From the NCBI GenBank assembly GCA_046597605.1, contig JBKJKE010000132.1, positions 3,769 to 67,768 of the forward strand: DNA of 64,000 nucleotides. Reading direction: 5' to 3'. Numbering within the stretch: the stretch's first letter is position 1; each line of letters opens with the position of its first letter. Made by a program: the position numbers and the translations under genes. This DNA is from Limisphaerales bacterium (lineage in GTDB: Bacteria > Verrucomicrobiota > Verrucomicrobiia > Limisphaerales > JACDHS01). A model generated the notes under the pieces. It saw only the letters and a list, made by a program, of their open reading frames with translations, did not search any database and had not been told where the DNA came from. Below are positions 19,667 to 28,853 of this stretch, in pieces.

Positions 19667-20770
19667 TCAACGCAACCGCCCGCTGCCTTCGATTGGCCAG
19701 GCATCTTCCACGATACCATTGCGATGGATGACAAATTCACGATAGAGATTCGCGGTGGTGCAGCCGTGTGATGGGATAATCTGCAGCTGGTCGCCCACCC
19801 GAAGCTTGCAGTCTTTCGGCAGCGCGATGGAGGCGTGTTCTTCTGAAAGTTTGGAAACCGTTGCGCCCGCAAGGTTGGCTATTCGTGGCAGACCAAATTC
19901 CGCACCGATGCCTTTCCGCCCCACATCAAGCACGGCCAAGTTTGGGGCAGGGCGGCTGATGACCGTCGATAGGATGGACAACGCCTGCTGAAACTCTGGA
20001 CGAATATCGGAGTACCACCAATCCATCCCCACATAGGAACCAGCCTGCACTTCATCCACCCCGGGAAAATCGCCAGTCAAAGTATACGTTCCGGTGCCGC
20101 CGCCCGAGACTATGTTGACCGGGATCCCGCTACGTTCGAGAAGTCGACGCGTTTCGACCAGCAGGGTTAGTCCGGCGCGCGTCTGACCAATACGCTCGGC
20201 TTCCTCGCGCAGATCGACCGAATGGCCTTCATAAGCCTGCAAACCTTCGAATTTGATCCCCGGCAGAGACGCCAGCAAGCGAGCCAGTTCCAGGGCAGGG
20301 GTGCCGGGCTGAACGCCACAACGGTTCATCCCGATGTTCACCTCAACAAGGACTCGGATCTCGACGTTCGCTGCAACAGCCGCTCCCGAGAGCATCCGGG
20401 CATTTTCCTGCGAGTCGACGGCGACGATGGGCGAAGAGCGCCTGGCTAACTCGACGAGTCTCCGAATTTTTATGGGACCAACAATTTGATTGGCGATCAG
20501 AATGTCCCGAATGCCCGAATCCGCCAAAGCTTCGGCTTCCCCCAATTTGGCGCAGGTAATACCAACCGCGCCGGCTTCAATTTGTAATTGGGCAATTCGA
20601 GTGCATTTGTGGCTTTTGAAGTGTGGACGCAATCCGCTGGGGCGATCGGCAAAGAACGCAGCCATGCGCGCGATGTTCGCCTCCAACGCGTCAGCATCCA
20701 AAAGCAACGATGGTGTATCCACTTCCGCAAGGGGGCGACCCTTCCAACTGCTCGGGTTATTTGTGCTCAT
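19667..20770 (-). CDS. PLP-dependent fold-III enzyme, D-threonine aldolase/D-serine dehydratase (DSD1) family
   Basis: DTPSLLLD, LRPHFKSHK (PLP Lys), RCGV, YEGH, SGGGTGT, QAGSY, SEEH, PSHGCTT. Confidence 0.9.
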   Translation of the reverse strand: MSTNNPSSWKGRPLAEVDTPSLLLDADALEANIARMAAFFADRPSGLRPHFKSHKCTRIAQLQIEAGAVGITCAKLGEAEALADSGIRDILIANQIVGPIKIRRLVELARRSSPIVAVDSQENARMLSGAAVAANVEIRVLVEVNIGMNRCGVQPGTPALELARLLASLPGIKFEGLQAYEGHSVDLREEAERIGQTRAGLTLLVETRRLLERSGIPVNIVSGGGTGTYTLTGDFPGVDEVQAGSYVGMDWWYSDIRPEFQQALSILSTVISRPAPNLAVLDVGRKGIGAEFGLPRIANLAGATVSKLSEEHASIALPKDCKLRVGDQLQIIPSHGCTTANLYREFVIHRNGIVEDAWPIEGSGRLR

Positions 20771-20861
20771 TACAATTGGGACTACGTTCTGTGAATGTGA
20801 ACTGAGCAAAGAGCTCACACGAAGTCAAAGTATTCCGTGGAGCGAAAACGTTGCAGGTTCG

Positions 20862-21374
20862 TTATTCTCCAGGCCTGAGGAAGCCGTTCCGGCGCAGTTG
20901 GTTAAGGTCCTCGGTCGAGAGCAACTGCAGTGCAGAGGGGCGGTTCCATTCGAACTTGTGAATGAGTTCCTCAAGCAGTTCAGGATCGTCAGTAAATCCT
21001 TTTTGGGCAGCCTCGGAACGTGCAAGCACGCACATCGTAACCACAAAAATAGCAGAGCGATGCATCTCCTCCCCCCACACACGATGTGTCTCGATGCGTG
21101 CGTCGTCCGCTAATTCTGGATCCTCCATCGCGCGGGCCAGCAACTCCGCCAGGGATTGCCAGAGAGCGAGTCGTTCATCGATTTGACCCAAAGAAAATTG
21201 GCGCAAAAAGCTTTCATGGTCGCGCAGATATTCGAGCATGCTTTCCGCTTTCCATTGCAGCTCACGAAGTGAGTCGTTCGGTTCCGGAGCAAAACGCGCC
21301 GTCCCTCCCATGCCAGGATAATCAATCATTAGATTCTCGGTTGGAAAGATGGTGGATGGGAACAGATCGCGCAA
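20862..21374 (-). CDS. Hypothetical acidic helical protein
   Basis: 170-aa ORF co-oriented with its neighbours and filling the gap; no recognisable motif. The start could be 21329. Confidence 0.55.
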   Translation of the reverse strand: MRDLFPSTIFPTENLMIDYPGMGGTARFAPEPNDSLRELQWKAESMLEYLRDHESFLRQFSLGQIDERLALWQSLAELLARAMEDPELADDARIETHRVWGEEMHRSAIFVVTMCVLARSEAAQKGFTDDPELLEELIHKFEWNRPSALQLLSTEDLNQLRRNGFLRPGE

Positions 21375-21576
21375 CCATCAGGGCATTGCGTAATGAGCGG
21401 GTGAGACGGGCATGGCCGGTAAAGGCATATTAACAGCGCAGGCAGAGTTAAGAAAGCCATACCACCGTGTGAGGCACTGGCGTCGAAACTCAACTGGGCT
21501 ATTTTAGAAGACAGTCAACTAAACTGTGTGTGAAGAGATTTTGTTTCAATAATACCGAACGAAGACCGATTACCTC

Positions 21577-22452
21577 ATGAACGTTAAATTTGATCCAAAA
21601 GATTTCCGGGTCGCGCCCGGCAAAAAGGTTAACCTCGCCAAGTGGTCGACGCAGGTCGAACCGTTCTATGATTCCAAAGCCAGCTACCGCGAATTGCTTG
21701 AGCAATATCGAGATGAACTCAGCGAGCTACAGAGCGTTATGTATGCGCACGATCGGTATTCTCTGCTCCTGATCTTTCAAGGGATGGATACCGCTGGGAA
21801 AGACGGAGCGATTCGACATGTGATGTCGGGCGTCGATCCGCAGGGGTGCCAGGTTTATAGCTTCAAGCAGCCCAGCAACGAAGAGCTTGATCATGATTTT
21901 CTATGGCGCACAAACCGTCGATTGCCGGAACGCGGTCGCATTGGGATCTTTAATCGCTCTTATTACGAGGAAGTGCTGGTCGCACGCATGGTGCCGGAAG
22001 TATTAGCCAATCAGCGGGTGCCCGCTGAGTTCGTCAATCGGAAGACAATTTGGAAGGAACGCTTCCAGGATATCGTCAGCATGGAGGACTACCTTCATCG
22101 CAACGGCACGCGGATCATCAAGTTCTTCCTTCATATTTCAAAAGAGGAACAGCGTAAGCGCTTCCTTGCTCGGATCGATGAGCCTGAAAAGAATTGGAAA
22201 CTTAGCCCAGCCGATATCGAAATGCGTGAGCGCTGGAATGATTTTCAAAGTGCCTACGGTGATTGCCTTGGAGCCACCAGCACGAAAAACGCCCCGTGGT
22301 ATGTCGTTCCCGCGGACGACAAAAAGAACGCGCGCCTGATCATTTCGCAAGCCATTGTGGAAACCCTAAAGACGTTGAAGATGAGTTATCCTGAACCCAC
22401 TGAAAAGCATCGGCGGGAATTGAAAAAGATGCGAAAGATGTTGAGCAGGTAA
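21577..22452 (+). CDS. ppk2: Polyphosphate kinase 2 family (polyP:nucleotide phosphotransferase, class III-like)
   Basis: [43 protein letters not shown]. Confidence 0.93.
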   Translation: MNVKFDPKDFRVAPGKKVNLAKWSTQVEPFYDSKASYRELLEQYRDELSELQSVMYAHDRYSLLLIFQGMDTAGKDGAIRHVMSGVDPQGCQVYSFKQPSNEELDHDFLWRTNRRLPERGRIGIFNRSYYEEVLVARMVPEVLANQRVPAEFVNRKTIWKERFQDIVSMEDYLHRNGTRIIKFFLHISKEEQRKRFLARIDEPEKNWKLSPADIEMRERWNDFQSAYGDCLGATSTKNAPWYVVPADDKKNARLIISQAIVETLKTLKMSYPEPTEKHRRELKKMRKMLSR

Positions 22453-22590
22453 CCGAGAGCGGAGGAGTGTTCAGTATTAAGTATTCAGACTCGGGAAGGC
22501 GCAATTCAAGCGCGCAAACCGCACTTCACACCTAAAAATTGCAAACCTCACTTTACTTTTTAGTAAACCATTGTATCTGTTTCACCCTTA

Positions 22591-22698
22591 ATGACAGCTT
22601 ACATTGATTCAAATTATTGGGGTTTGTTCGCTTTTATGGTCGGTCTGGTGCTTTTCTTCGGCCCGGTCTTGTTTACCTGGATCACAGGCCGCTACTAA
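22591..22698 (+). CDS. Putative 35-aa single-TM small protein
   Basis: Hand translation: MTAYIDSNYWGLFAFMVGLVLFFGPVLFTWITGRY*. Its TAA overlaps the TAG of the convergent mutT. Confidence 0.55.
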   Translation: MTAYIDSNYWGLFAFMVGLVLFFGPVLFTWITGRY

Positions 22699-23114
22699 GC
22701 CGCTTCGTTGGTTCGCCAGAGTCGCGGGTTATCACGCAATCTCTCCAGCAGACGCGCGTCTGCGGCTGGAAACTCGTATTTCTCCAGTTGGGAGGACTCG
22801 ATCCATGCAAACGCGTCACAACCGATCGGGGAAGGTTCGTTCTGCAGCAGCGCACATTTGAAGAACTTCAGGTAGACCGATTTCTCCGGGTAATCGTGGG
22901 AAAGACTTTCAATCAATTCACCCACGGCAACTTCGATTCCTAGTTCTTCTCTCAATTCGCGGCGGAGACATTCTTCATACGTTTCACCTGGTTCCCGTTT
23001 GCCGCCAGGGAATTCCCAGAGTCCCCCGAGGTGCGCCTCTTTACAGCGCTGAGTAATGAGGAGTGTATTATTGCGAAAGACGAGACCAGCGGCGACTTCG
23101 ATTATTTTTTGCAC
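22695..23114 (-). CDS. mutT: NUDIX hydrolase, 8-oxo-dGTP diphosphatase MutT/NudG-like
   Basis: GLWEFPGGKREPGETYEECLRRELREELG Nudix box; FPAAD; GTG start at 23114 inferred. Confidence 0.85.
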   Translation of the reverse strand: MQKIIEVAAGLVFRNNTLLITQRCKEAHLGGLWEFPGGKREPGETYEECLRRELREELGIEVAVGELIESLSHDYPEKSVYLKFFKCALLQNEPSPIGCDAFAWIESSQLEKYEFPAADARLLERLRDNPRLWRTNEAA

Positions 23115-23137
23115 AGAGAAGTTCTTTAGGATGGATG

Positions 23138-23542
23138 CTATCTGATGACCCCCCGGGAGCCAGGTGCTGGATGTAGCCGTTTGATGCTCCAGGTCATGCC
23201 GCAAAAGGCAGCGCAAAGTAGAAGCGCCACCAATACTTCATTGAGTTTTGGTGAGAAGATCAGGATGAAATCTTTCCCTTTCACGAGGGCGGCGAAGCTC
23301 GAGACAAAAAATGGCATGAGAAAGAGGCGGATGATCTGCCAACGTTCCAGTTTGTTGCCCCCTGTGGTGGAACTGATGTAAAGAGCTGCTCCGATGATCC
23401 CGCTTAATCCGAGGGAAGTTAGCCAAATCCGCGGGCTCGAATCAAAGTATCGCACGAGCACTACCAGGTACCAGATCAGGTAACACCAAAGGATTTGGCG
23501 TCCTGCGGTGAGGCGTGCGAAATAGCTGAGGAGCGATTTCAT
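23138..23542 (-). CDS. Hypothetical four-TM membrane protein
   Basis: Hydrophobic ORF (LWCYLIWY, WQIIRLFLMPF). Confidence 0.7.
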   Translation of the reverse strand: MKSLLSYFARLTAGRQILWCYLIWYLVVLVRYFDSSPRIWLTSLGLSGIIGAALYISSTTGGNKLERWQIIRLFLMPFFVSSFAALVKGKDFILIFSPKLNEVLVALLLCAAFCGMTWSIKRLHPAPGSRGVIR

Positions 23543-23624
23543 TGATTCGAATCTCAAAAAAGTTCCTGACTTGTGCGAGAAAAAACTCGCTCAGTTATCA
23601 TCAAAGTTAGTATCCCTTCAAAGG

Positions 23625-24815
23625 ATGCCTATGCCTTATAAAGAACAACAGCTCACAGATATCTCGAGGCAATTTCAGATCTATGGACAGATCATGCACG
23701 CTGAAACGTGCAAGATCGGGCACATCAACGAGACCTACTCCGCCACTTATGACCAGGGTGGAACGTGTGTCCGCTACATCCATCAGAAGATCAACCAAAA
23801 CGTCTTCAAGAATCCGGGGGCGGTCATGGACAATGTCATGCGGGTGACGACCCATATCCGCGGGAAGCTCGAAGAGCAGGGGGCCAATAACCTCACTCGC
23901 CGTTCATTGACGATTGTTCCCACCCGCAAAGGGGATTCATTTTTTCGCGATGCCGAGGGGAATTTCTGGCGGACCTTTGTATTTGTTGAGGGCGTGCAAA
24001 CCTTTGAATCAGTGCAATCGGCCAAGCAGGCGTTTGAAGCGGGTAAAGCATTCGGCACATTCCAGAGCCTGCTGGTGGATCTGCCAGGAGGCCGTCTCCA
24101 CGATACGATTCCTGACTTTCACAATACTCGGAAGCGTTTCTCTGCCTTGCAAAAAGCGGTCAAGGGGGATCATTTCAATCGTGCGGCGGATGCAAGTCAG
24201 GAAATCGACTTCGCGTTGAAGCACGAAAACCTGGTGGATGTGATTCTGAACGCGATGGCAAAAGGAAAGATTCCTGAACGCGTCACTCACAACGACACGA
24301 AGTTCAACAACGTGATGCTCGACACAAAGACGGGCGAAGCGATGTGTGTTGTCGACCTCGACACCGTGATGCCCGGATGCGCGTTGTATGACTTCGGCGA
24401 CATCGTTCGTACCACCACCAGCCCGACCCTCGAAGACGAACGGGATCTCCGAAAAGTAAAAATGCAGATGCCGATGTTTGAAGCGATTGCCCGAGGCTAT
24501 CTCAGTTCTGCGGGCAATTTCTTGAATCCAGTGGAGAAATCGATGATCCCCTTCGCCGGGAAGCTAATCACGTTTACGATTGGTATCCGTTTCCTGACAG
24601 ACTTTCTGAATGGCGATACTTACTTCCGGATTCATCGTCCGGGGCACAACCTCGATCGTGCTCGCACCCAATTTAAATTGGTGGAATCGATTGAAGAGCA
24701 GGAAGAGGCGATGCAGAAGTTTGTGGATGCCTTCAGTACCGAAAATACTCCGAAAAAGAAATCAACCGCCAAGGCTGCTGTGAAGGCCACCAAACGGTCG
24801 GGGGCCTCACGTTAA
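23625..24815 (+). CDS. APH-superfamily phosphotransferase, N-acetylhexosamine 1-kinase-like
   Basis: GHINETY, QKIN..VF, TIPDFHNT, RVTHNDTKFNN, VDLDTVMPG, YDFGD, RFLTDFLNGDTYF. Confidence 0.85.
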   Translation: MPMPYKEQQLTDISRQFQIYGQIMHAETCKIGHINETYSATYDQGGTCVRYIHQKINQNVFKNPGAVMDNVMRVTTHIRGKLEEQGANNLTRRSLTIVPTRKGDSFFRDAEGNFWRTFVFVEGVQTFESVQSAKQAFEAGKAFGTFQSLLVDLPGGRLHDTIPDFHNTRKRFSALQKAVKGDHFNRAADASQEIDFALKHENLVDVILNAMAKGKIPERVTHNDTKFNNVMLDTKTGEAMCVVDLDTVMPGCALYDFGDIVRTTTSPTLEDERDLRKVKMQMPMFEAIARGYLSSAGNFLNPVEKSMIPFAGKLITFTIGIRFLTDFLNGDTYFRIHRPGHNLDRARTQFKLVESIEEQEEAMQKFVDAFSTENTPKKKSTAKAAVKATKRSGASR

Positions 24816-24865
24816 TCAGGGTTTGGTGGATTGGTTTCCAGTCGGAAGCTGTGTAGTTTAGCACA

Positions 24866-25321
24866 ATGAAGACACTGTTACTTTTGATCGTTGGGATAGC
24901 GCTGGGCGTGGGTGGTTACATGTACTTCAAAGAACCCCAGAACCGCGCAATCATCGAACGAACCGGTGATAATATTTCACAAGGTGCAGAGAAGGTTCGT
25001 GAAGGGATTGCCGATCTCGACACTGAGGAGATTAAAGCCGAGCTGAAGCGAAGTGGGCGAGTGATCCGCACGAAAGCAGAAAAAGCAGGCGCGGTGATCA
25101 AAGATGCCACGGTAGATGCCCGGATCACCACCAGTATCAAAAGCGCTTTTGCTCTCGAACCAGACCTTTCGGCACTTCGGATTTCTGTAAACACCACCGA
25201 CGGAGTTGTGACGTTGGCCGGTTCAGCCTCTTCCGCGGAAGATATCAAGAAAGCCATCAGCATCGCTTTTAAAACTGAGGGAGTGACGGAAGTGATTTCG
25301 ACAATTCAGGTAAAGGAATAA
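24866..25321 (+). CDS. BON-domain (OsmY-like) protein
   Basis: N-terminal TM; DARITTSIKS...ISVNTTDGVVTLAG...EGVTEV. Confidence 0.88.
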   Translation: MKTLLLLIVGIALGVGGYMYFKEPQNRAIIERTGDNISQGAEKVREGIADLDTEEIKAELKRSGRVIRTKAEKAGAVIKDATVDARITTSIKSAFALEPDLSALRISVNTTDGVVTLAGSASSAEDIKKAISIAFKTEGVTEVISTIQVKE

Positions 25322-25372
25322 ACTTATCTCGTTTCCGATTGAAAGGCACACTCTGCTGAATACTGTTCCGAG

Positions 25373-26527
25373 ATGAATCGCGTAGGAAGTCTTCTGGCAC
25401 TGGTTTTTTTATTCGGGTTTTTACAGCTTCGAGCGCAGACGACAAACAGCCCATCCGAACAAGCTCTCAGCAAGCCCCGCCTGGAATGGCAATCCTCGAC
25501 ACTGTCGCTAATTCACTCAAACGGGAACTACGGGAGAATCATACGTTTGAAAAATGGCCAGCTTCTGGCGTGCTTCGATTCGGAGAGACAGATTCGGGTG
25601 CGTCACAGTAAGGATGAAGGAAAAACGTGGGAGAGTACTGTCACCGTTGCAAAGTCGCTACCCCGGAGATTGACGAATGCAGAGCTACTCCAATTGCGGA
25701 ATGGCTCTCTGCTCTGCTTTTATAACGAGCGGCCCGGCACGCCTAAAGTTTCATATGGTGCCACCACCGAACCGCATCCTTACGCTATCGGCATGACTCG
25801 AAGTGATGACAATGGGCTGACGTGGCAGAAGCCGAAGACACTCTATAAAGCAGGTGCTGAATTTACCAATGGTTGCTGGGAGCCTGCTGCCATTCAGCTG
25901 CCATCCGGTGAAGTCCAGATGTTCTTTTCAAATGAGGGGCCTTATCGAAACAGCGATGAACAGGAAATAGTTCTGCTCCGCTCCAAAGACAATGGACACA
26001 GCTGGGAGGCTCCAGAAAAGGTCAGCTTCCGTCCCGGCACTCGCGACGGCATGCCTGTGCCCCTGGTGTTGAAGGACGGACGAGGTATTGCATTTTCCAT
26101 CGAAGACAATGGGCTGAGCGGGCACTTCAAACCGGTGATTGTTTTCAGCTCTCTCAAGGATAATTGGCTTTCAGGTGTTCGTACTCCAGAGAGCACCAAT
26201 CGTTGGAGCGCATTGAGTGAGTTGCCGCCTCCACATGTCTCGGCAAGTGCTCCATATTTGAATCAAATGCCTTCCGGCGAAACGGTTTTATCGTTTCAAC
26301 GAAGTGAAACCGGGCAAATCGAAACGGCCTTCATGGTGGTGTGTATCGGAGATGAGCAAGCGCGGAACTTCGGTTCTCCATCCCGCCCTTTTCCGGTAAC
26401 AGAGGGAAAACCGCAGCTTTGGAATTCTCTATTCGTGAAGAACAATGACACGATCATTGCCGTATCCGAAGCGACAATTAATGGGGTTCGAGGTGTTTGG
26501 AGCGTGGAAGGTCGCTTCGTGAGATAA
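25373..26527 (+). CDS. Secreted BNR/Asp-box sialidase-fold glycoside hydrolase
   Basis: Signal peptide; Asp boxes SKDEGKTW, SDDNGLTW, SKDNGHSW; GCWEP; RDGMP. Confidence 0.85.
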   Translation: MNRVGSLLALVFLFGFLQLRAQTTNSPSEQALSKPRLEWQSSTLSLIHSNGNYGRIIRLKNGQLLACFDSERQIRVRHSKDEGKTWESTVTVAKSLPRRLTNAELLQLRNGSLLCFYNERPGTPKVSYGATTEPHPYAIGMTRSDDNGLTWQKPKTLYKAGAEFTNGCWEPAAIQLPSGEVQMFFSNEGPYRNSDEQEIVLLRSKDNGHSWEAPEKVSFRPGTRDGMPVPLVLKDGRGIAFSIEDNGLSGHFKPVIVFSSLKDNWLSGVRTPESTNRWSALSELPPPHVSASAPYLNQMPSGETVLSFQRSETGQIETAFMVVCIGDEQARNFGSPSRPFPVTEGKPQLWNSLFVKNNDTIIAVSEATINGVRGVWSVEGRFVR

Positions 26528-26904
26528 CGATCTGTATTCGGTCTGCTGGAATTAAAAGACCCGAGCATTTCTGATCGTATCCTCCGGTTAAAGATGGGTC
26601 GGTTGAACCCTATTTTCTGGATGGCATTAACTGTCGTTTGTTCAGCCTGGCTTTCGAGCTTCTTCAGAGGCGACAAGTCACTCCGAAAGTTTGTGGCCTT
26701 CGAAAGTGGGTTCGTCCGGTTCCGCGACGCCGACAGAGCACGAAGAGGAAGACGAGAAAAAGAGAGTTTCCGAGGCTCGAACTGATCATTCCCATGTGCA
26801 TGGTCGCGAAGTGACAAAACGCTCCCCATGAACCAGCAATTTGACGAACGCTTGGTAGAACAGAAAGAGCGTCGGTTTTGCGGCTCATTTCCGAATCGGC
26901 GGAG

Positions 26905-27222
26905 GTGGGCAAAAATATTTTTGCGCTCATTTCCCCGGGGGCGAAGGTCTTAAAAACGTTTTTGACGTCTCCTCCCGCGGGGAAAACATGTTAAAACTAT
27001 TTTTATCGTCTTTTCCCACGGGGCAGACACGGCAAAAATATTTTTGAGGTCTTTTCCCCGGGGCGGAGTAGGCAAAAACGTTTTTAACGTGTTCGCCCCG
27101 TGGGAAAAGTGGGTAAAACTATTTTTAACACCTTTTCCCCGCGGGCGGAGACGTCAAAAACGTTTTTGACCTCTTTTCCCACGGGGCGGAGTGCTCAAAA
27201 ATAGTTTTGCCTGCTCCGCCCC
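26905..27222. repeat. Palindromic array, 41-bp period, 8 units
   Basis: A4-5-NN(N)-T4-5 dyads at 26911, 26952, 26993, 27034, 27074, 27115, 27156 and 27197, alternating with CCC..GGG dyads. Confidence 0.92.
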
Positions 27223-27474
27223 TTCGATATGCCTGTAAACATTGGGTTTTCTGCGCGTTCAGGTGGTTGAATTGAAGCAACTTGCGCGCGCTGGATCCCA
27301 TTTGATAGGTAAGATCGGTAGAATACTAATGATTAGCTTGGAAGGGCTTTCGCAGCTATGGCTCGGCGCGGGTGAAATACAACCACCATATGCTAAAAGC
27401 TGCAGGGCTCTGGAGGGAACCTGGCTGCCTGAAGGAATCGAAGAATCTTTTTGTCCGTAGTGCGTAAAGAGAAT

Positions 27475-27564
27475 TGGCGGAAGGGGAGGGATTTGAACCC
27501 CCGATAGCCTTGCGACTATGCCTGATTTCGAGTCAGGTGCCTTCAACCACTCAGCCACCCTTCC
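27475..27564 (-). tRNA. tRNA-Ser(CGA)
   Basis: Reverse complement GGAAGGGTGGCTGAGTGGTTGAAGGCA CCTGA CT-CGA-AA TCAGG, long variable arm, GGTTCAAATCC...CTTCC GCCA; 90 nt. Confidence 0.97.
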
Positions 27565-27648
27565 GCTCGTTTACGGAAATGTAATTCGCACGCGTAAGGT
27601 TCGAGGGCAAGTTAAAAGCGAATAGCCCAACTGGATTCGATTGCCAAC

Positions 27649-28782
27649 CTATGGCAAAACGGTCGCCGAAAGCTTCTCCAATTCAACTGCGAAACGGTTC
27701 GGATCAAAATCGGGCAGAGATTGTGTAAGAGCAAAGAGGGTGTCGATTTGTTTTCCTCCTTCGGCACGGACTTTGGCGTGAGTGGCGAGGCGATCCAGGG
27801 CAAGAACCAGGCGTTCTGCCCGGCGGGCCTGAACGTTTTTGGAGATCTCTTTATTTTGAAAATCCGGCGCAGTCGCTACCAGAATGGCAAATACATTTTC
27901 GGCCATCTCTTTAGACCAGGGAGTTCGAAAGGTCAGCTGCGCGAGTTGATCCATTTGTTCTTGCATGCCTGCGTAATTCGTTTCTGAACCCGTCTTTCTC
28001 AGAAAGATTACGAAGGAAGAAGACGAGGGAGGGGAATAGGCTTTGTTGACCACCCAAAACAAACCAGACCAGCGTTCAATCAGCTTTGGATCGGGATTTT
28101 TTTCACGGGAAAGCTGCCAGCTCATTTCACGCAGAGCAACGACCTGTCCGATGAACCAGGCATGGGCTCCAGAATAGTTATCTTGCTCCCGCCAATGTTT
28201 GGGCTGGGAAACGGATTGGCCGTCCAATTCAAAAATTAACTCCGGGTGACCGGCGGCGGCGACGTCGGATTCGAGCGTCTGGTGGCATGCGACGCAATTG
28301 TTGGCACGACCGTAAAGACTTCTGAGATCGCGCATGCCGGCTGCGATTTTGTCTTCGTGGGTTAGATCAGCTCGGGTGTGGGTAAGAAGCCATGGCTCGG
28401 CAGCTCCGTGACAGTTTTCGCACGAAACGCCCTGAGTTATTTTGATGCCCTTGGCGAGCAGTTCTTGCGAAACAGTTTGGAAAGGGGCGTGACAAACCGT
28501 GCATTTCGGACTTTTGGTTGCGTCATCGATTTTTAGAACTTCCGCAAGTCGTTCGGATCGCGCAGATGTCAACGTCGCGTATGAACGGGAGTGAAAATCC
28601 TTTTTGGACCAAATCAGGCACTGGTTTTTTTGATCGCTTGCTCCACCGTGGCAGCTGGTCGAACTGCAGGAAGGCATTCCCGTGAATTTTGGTGCCTTTG
28701 CGCTTTCTGCTTGAGTGAAACTGACCAGCAACAAAGCCAGGGAAGCGATACTGATGGTTTTTTTCAGGATGTCCGTGTCCAT
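27649..28782 (-). CDS. Periplasmic multiheme (tetraheme, c554/c552-like) cytochrome c
   Basis: Signal peptide; CSSTSCH (CX4CH), CTVCH, CENCH, CVACH; AAGHPELIFE; helical C-terminal domain. Confidence 0.88.
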   Translation of the reverse strand: MDTDILKKTISIASLALLLVSFTQAESAKAPKFTGMPSCSSTSCHGGASDQKNQCLIWSKKDFHSRSYATLTSARSERLAEVLKIDDATKSPKCTVCHAPFQTVSQELLAKGIKITQGVSCENCHGAAEPWLLTHTRADLTHEDKIAAGMRDLRSLYGRANNCVACHQTLESDVAAAGHPELIFELDGQSVSQPKHWREQDNYSGAHAWFIGQVVALREMSWQLSREKNPDPKLIERWSGLFWVVNKAYSPPSSSSFVIFLRKTGSETNYAGMQEQMDQLAQLTFRTPWSKEMAENVFAILVATAPDFQNKEISKNVQARRAERLVLALDRLATHAKVRAEGGKQIDTLFALTQSLPDFDPNRFAVELEKLSATVLP

Positions 28783-28853
28783 GTATATATACGGTCACAC
28801 AAAGTTGTGCGTTTACTCCGTCAGTCATTCTTGTTAATCAATTCAGCAATTAG

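Noticed and set aside
26594-26785. 63-aa ORF with a hydrophobic N-terminus and Arg-rich tail
   Set aside because: Possible small protein, but with no RBS, motif or other support; left uncalled.
26905-27222. CRISPR array
   Set aside because: The 41-bp total period is too short for repeat plus spacer, the variable parts are only a few bases and self-complementary, and there are no cas genes.
27259-27558. 99-aa ORF MAEWLKAPDSKSG
   Set aside because: It is a translation of the tRNA-Ser gene.
28783-28853. CRP/FNR box in the divergent promoter of the redox locus
   Set aside because: Only half-sites (TCACA at 28795; TTCTT-N4-ATCAA at 28828) are present, too weak to call.
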